64,000 nt of DNA from the human T2T-CHM13v2.0 reference genome, Homo sapiens, in the NCBI RefSeq assembly GCF_009914755.1, contig NC_060928.1. One strand, given 5' to 3'. Shown one piece after another: positions 54,852 to 64,000 of the stretch; the stretch's first letter is position 1, and every line of letters begins with the position of its first letter. A program made the position numbers and the translations under genes. Below the pieces are notes generated by a model. The model was not told the DNA's origin and made no database searches. It saw only the letters and a program-made list of their open reading frames with translations.

Positions 54852-55878
54852 ATGGGGAGAAACAAGAGCAGAAAAGCTGAAAATTCTAAAAATCAGAGCA
54901 CCTCTTCTCCTCCAAAGGATTTCAGCTCCTCACTAGCAACGGAACAAAGCTGGATGGAGAATGACTTTGATGAGTTGATAGGAGTAGGCTTCAGAAGGTT
55001 GGTAATCACAAACTTCTCCGAGCTAAAGGAGGATGTTCGAACCCATCGCAAGGAAGCTAAAACACTTGAAAAAAGATTAGACGAATGGCTAACTAGAATA
55101 AGCAGTGTAGAGAAGACCTTAAATGACCTGATGGAGCTGAGAACCATGGCAGAAGAACTTCGTGATGCATGCACAAGCTTCAACAGCTGATTCAATCAAT
55201 TGGAAGAAAGGGTATAAGCAATTGAAGATCAAATTAATGAAATAAAGTGAGAAGACAAGATTAGAGAAAAAAGAGTAAAAAGAAACAAACAAAGCCCAGG
55301 AAATACAGGATTATGTGAAAAGACCAAATCTATGTTTGATTGGTATACCTGAAAGTGATGGGGAGAATGGAACCAAGTTGGAAAACACTCTTCAGGATAT
55401 TATCCAGGGGAAATTCCCTAACCTAGCAAGGCAGGCCAACATTCAAATTCAGGAAATACAGAGAACACCACAAAGATACTCCTTGAGAAAAGCAACCCTG
55501 AGACACATAATTGTCAGATTCACCAAGATTGAAATGAAGGAAAAAGTGTTAAGGGTAACCAGAGAGAAAGGTCAGTTATCCACAAAGGGAAGTCCTTCAG
55601 ACTAACAGCGGATCTCTCCAAGGAAAACCTACAAGCCAGAAGAGAGTGGAGGCCAATATTCAACATTCTTAAAGAAAAGAATTTTCAACCCAGAATTTCA
55701 TATCCAGCCAAACTAAGTAAGCTTCATAAGTGAAGGAGAAATAAAATCCTTTACAGACATGCAAATGCTGAGAGATTTTGTCACCACCAGGCCTGCCTTA
55801 CAAGAGCTCCTGAAGGAAGCACTAAACATGGAAAGGAATAACCAGTACCAGCCAATGCAAAAACATGCCAAATTTTAG
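54852..55878 (+). pseudogene. L1 ORF1p remnant
   Basis: MGRNKSRKAENSKNQS...; premature stop at 55188-55190; KRPNLCLIGIPESDGE fragment with a frameshift. Confidence 0.92.
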
Positions 55879-55941
55879 AGACCATCATTGCTAAAAACAA
55901 ACTGTATTAATTTATGGGCAAAATAACCAGCAAACATCATA

Positions 55942-59728
<3,787 letters not shown>

Positions 59729-60299
59729 ACAATGAGATCACTTGGACACAAAGCGGGGAACATCACACTCTGTAGAAGGGTGGGGGGCTGGGGGTGGGAT
59801 AGCATTAGGAGAAATACCTAATGTAAATGATGAGTTGATGGGTGCAGCAAACCACCACGGCACATGTATACCTATGTATCAGATCTGCACGTTGTGCACA
59901 TGTACCCTGGAACTTAAAGTATAATAAAAATAAATAAATAAAATTATAAAGCAAAAAAAGTAAAATAAAATAAAATAAAATTGGAAAAAAATGAAAAATA
60001 AAAAGGTTGAAAGGGGTTGCCATTGGAGAGGGGAAAATGATGAGGCAAAATGGAGGGATTATTGCACTTTTTCACAGAACGGCAGGATTATTTAAACCAT
60101 GTGCTTGTATACATCTAATAGAAACAAAAAATTAATTTTTAAAGTCTGAAATCTAACTGATAAAACAGTCATTCAAAGGAAGTGTACCACCTGAGGCATC
60201 TGTGGGCATGGAGTTGAGGGCTACTAGACCCCTCAGTTACAACTGACTTCGGTGTATCATCTACACTCTTCATCTTATGGCGCCTCCCTAATTTATTAG

Positions 60300-60500
60300 T
60301 GTAGCTCTTACACAACACTTACTACGTGTCAGGCACTTCATTAGTAATTCAGTTAAGCCTCACACTGACTCTATGAGGTAGGCACTATTGTTATCTCCAG
60401 TTTATGAATGAGGAAGCTGAGGCAGAATGGACTTAGGTAGCCTCCTGTTGTCGGCCAGGTAATAAGTAGGTACTGACATTCCCACTCATACAGAACAGCT
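60300..60500 (-). mobile_element. MIR SINE
   Basis: cacttactacgtgtcaggcact...ctatgaggtaggcactattgttatctccagtttatgaatgaggaagctgaggc. Confidence 0.8.
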
Positions 60501-61214
60501 CTCTGTGTTGCTCAGCAGAGAGGGTTAGGGACTTTACCCCAACGAAGATTCACAAAATGAAGGAGTCCCGTAAACCAGGAAGAAGGTTAGTTACGGAGCA
60601 GCCAAAACCAAAACATGCCCATTACAATTAATATGGTGAGAGCTATATGAAAATCATTGCATTTAGTTTTCAGCAAATCTCTGTCAAAAACTAATAACAC
60701 ATCAATGTGCACTGGTGAATATCTTTGTTTTTATTAATTATTTTCCAAGTGAAATAAAACAAAAAGAAGCAGTAATCCCACCAGATATCTGATTGTTCCT
60801 CAGGTAAGAAAGTAGTTTTAGAGACATTGACTTGTTAAAAATAGGTGCTAATTAATGCTTCAGAAAGGTGTGTTCTATTCATTCTTGAATATATTATGAA
60901 GGAATTATCTGAGTGATTAGGGAATTGGACAAGAATTAGGACCTGCAACTCAGGGTAAGCTCTAAATCATTCTAATGACAGGGATTTTCTTTTTAATTTA
61001 CCTTTCATTTTCTTTTTTTTTTCTTGTTTACTTTAGGTAATTAAAAATAAAGAGAATTTAAATGTTAAAATATTTAGACAGATCATAAGATATCTTTAAA
61101 TTTGAGTGAAATTTCTCTTCTCAGTCAAGTATGTCTTGTTTTTAAAAATATGTATCATCTAGAAATATCCATAACTCAGTATGCATTTTTCTACATTTAC
61201 TCAGTGATGCAATA

Positions 61215-61500
61215 CATTTTTTACCAAAATAAAATTATTCTATTCATATCAAGCTGCAATGTACTTTTTTCTTCTAAAATACATAATGAACACCTTTCCA
61301 GATCAGGATACTTTATTGTTTTAAATAACTACATGGTATTCCATGATATAAATATGTGAGTGTTCATTCATCACTTCATTGCTAATAAACATATAGATTA
61401 TCTCCATTTTATCTATTAGCAACATTGCGTAATGATCATCTTTGTACAAATATATTTATAGATGCATATTTTTAATTCTGTAAGATAATGATCTATAATT
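61215..61500 (-). mobile_element. Old L1ME-like 3' end fragment
   Basis: taactacatggtattccatgatata...aacatatagattatctccatttt...taatgatcatctttgtacaaatat. Confidence 0.55.
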
Positions 61501-61519
61501 GGTCTTTCAAAATAAAAAT

Positions 61520-61880
61520 TAGATCATATTATTTTTTGCTTCAAACCTTCAAGTGTCTTCCCAGTCCCTTAGAATAAGATCCAAACTCCTTTTCATGGCC
61601 TCAAGGTACCACACCACCTGCCCTTGCCAGCTCATCCAAGCCTACTCTGGCCACTCTCCCTCTTCTTCTCTGTGATCCAGCCTTGTTGGCCTTTTCCACG
61701 CATACAACAAGCTTGCCCTTTTTAGAGCTTTGCACTTGCTGCTCCTGCTGCCTGGAATCTGCTGTAAGGCTAGCTCCCTCTCAGCAGTAAGCTCTCATCA
61801 TAAAATGCATCTCCTCAGAGATGCCCACCCCACATACAATAGCTTCACCTACCCTTAGTGCTTCCATCACATGCTCTCTC
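61520..61880 (+). mobile_element. L2 LINE fragment
   Basis: cttagaataagatccaaactccttttcatggcctcaagg...gctttgcacttgctgctcctgctgcctggaat...tctcctcagagatgcc. Confidence 0.8.
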
Positions 61881-63301
61881 TCAAAAAGGATGTCACATTC
61901 TTAAGCTTTGCTATGCCTAGCATGGCTCATCCTTAATTGCTCAGCTTATGAATCTTAGAGCCTTGAGCTTGACTTTGAGGCAAGAAGATCCATTGATGGG
62001 ACATGTCAGCTACATGCAAGGAGCAATGAGACCATCGGCTCCAGTCCATCCAAAACAAGAAGCTTGGCATGTCCCCAGATGGTGTGACATTTCAGTCTCC
62101 CTTCCAAGGTACTTCAAAGAGACCCACCAAAATGCCTGAGAGTGAATTTTCTTGTGATCTTGGTAGATGGATACCACTCCAGATTTTATTTTATTTAAAA
62201 AAATTTAAAAATGGATTCTTTCTTCTATAAACATAAAAGAGAACTTGAGGAGAGCATGGCTAATATTTTGTATATTATCAGACTAAGTACAGAAATTCAG
62301 AGGAAGCCAGCACCACACTGTTTTGTCCCTCCAATTTTGATGTTCTAGATGTATATGTATTAGATTTATGCACAGCAATATTAAAATTTTTAAATAGGTC
62401 TGAAATTATTATGTCCAAGTTGAGGATTAAATAACTGATTAGACAAGAATAATGCTGCTTTCATTGTTAGCATTAGTGAGAAATGGCCCATAGAGTTAAC
62501 CTATACACTGGTACTAAATATTATAGATTACGGTAATAAATATTAGATATAGACATTTTCTTTTCAGTTGGAGAAATAACCCAGAGGAAAGTATATTTTT
62601 CTGCCTAGTATTCTCTGCATGAGGCTTTGGCAGAACCCTAAACAATGTATGACATTCAATACTCCTAACACTAATTTGGTCAAAGTAAATAACATTCAAG
62701 AAGTTGTCAGGTTGTCCTGGATACCAGAGACATTTCTACTTGCAATGGTAGGAAGAGAAATAAATGCATTTGATGTAGCAGCTGAATCAGGATGCTAGAT
62801 CAGGAGAAATATATCTTCATTATGGATGGTACATAGTTTCTGCTATCAACTAAATAAAAAATGCTCTTAAAATGTTGAACATGGAGAAATTTGCTTCCTA
62901 AAATCAAGATAGGTTTGCTTTTATAAACTAGTGATAATAATGCAAGAAAAGAAGTCTAATCAACCACATGTTTAAAGTATTTCCTCCATTATGGCACATT
63001 TAAAGAAAGCAATTTTTGTGATTGGATGATATATTGCAAAACATATTAAGGATAGGAAAACAATGCACACTTTCACCTTTGAGATACTGAGTTATGTAGT
63101 TCCATAATTACTGACTTACAAGCACCAGTAGGATTAGACACACCTAACTCATTTAAGCCAAGAGGCAGCCACAGCAACCATTTTCCATGAAGCAAGAAAC
63201 AAGCTACACGTTATTGCCCAGCCCATTTAAAGTATCTGATGATGAAGTAGCCAAAAAGCTATATACAAATTCAAAAATATAGTTGCAATATTTCATGATA
63301 G

Positions 63302-63636
<335 letters not shown>

Positions 63637-63654
63637 TTAATTTTTCATTTAATA

Positions 63655-63990
63655 AGAGTTCTTATGAATAAAAAAGAGAAAAAGATAAATGACCCAATAG
63701 AAAAAGAGACTAAAGAAAAGGACAAGAAATTCACCAAAAAGGAAGAGTAAATCACCAATAAGTATGTTTAAAATATGCAACCCTAGTAAACGGAAACAAC
63801 AAGATAAGATTTTTTCCTATTCCCATAATATAAGCAACTTTTAAAAAAGATAATGCTAAGTTTTATTGCCACTCTTGATCACCTTGGCAGAAAGCAATTT
63901 GGCAATTTTTAGCAAAAGTTGGAATATTTTTTATTCATTTCCAGCTATTCTGTGTGGACCCTGTGCTAGGCATGGGACAAAAAATGTTGA
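63655..63990 (+). mobile_element. Old L1M fragment
   Basis: aaatgacccaatagaaaaagagactaaag...aaattcaccaaaaagg...gaaagcaatttggcaat. Confidence 0.55.
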
Positions 63991-64000
63991 AAAAAGCTCA

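Overview
Primate (catarrhine, probably human) genomic DNA, intergenic or deep intronic. I find no intact protein-coding gene, RNA gene or CRISPR array. Transposon fossils fill most of 1-20.7 kb and 37-64 kb. They include two full-length but inactivated L1PA elements (L1PA7-like at 6040, L1PA6-like at 53835), a complete MSTA MaLR provirus, a full-length Tigger1, a HAL1 split by nested L1s, four Alus, a THE1 solo LTR and old L1M/MIR/L2 fragments. The 20.7-37 kb stretch is mostly unique sequence. The most notable items are: (1) a 176-bp inverted duplication around a TA-rich L1 tail, giving a ~645-bp PATRR-like quasi-palindrome (12522-13166); (2) a candidate heavily decayed intronless P2Y/GPR18-like class A GPCR fossil on the minus strand (26326-27223); (3) an L1 3' transduction (17740-17873); (4) a twin-primed inverted L1MA3; (5) a dense ETS/NF-kB/AP-1/RUNX motif cluster followed by a donor-acceptor pair. 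Subfamily names come from recalled consensus sequences, not from a database search. Boundaries of old elements are approximate.
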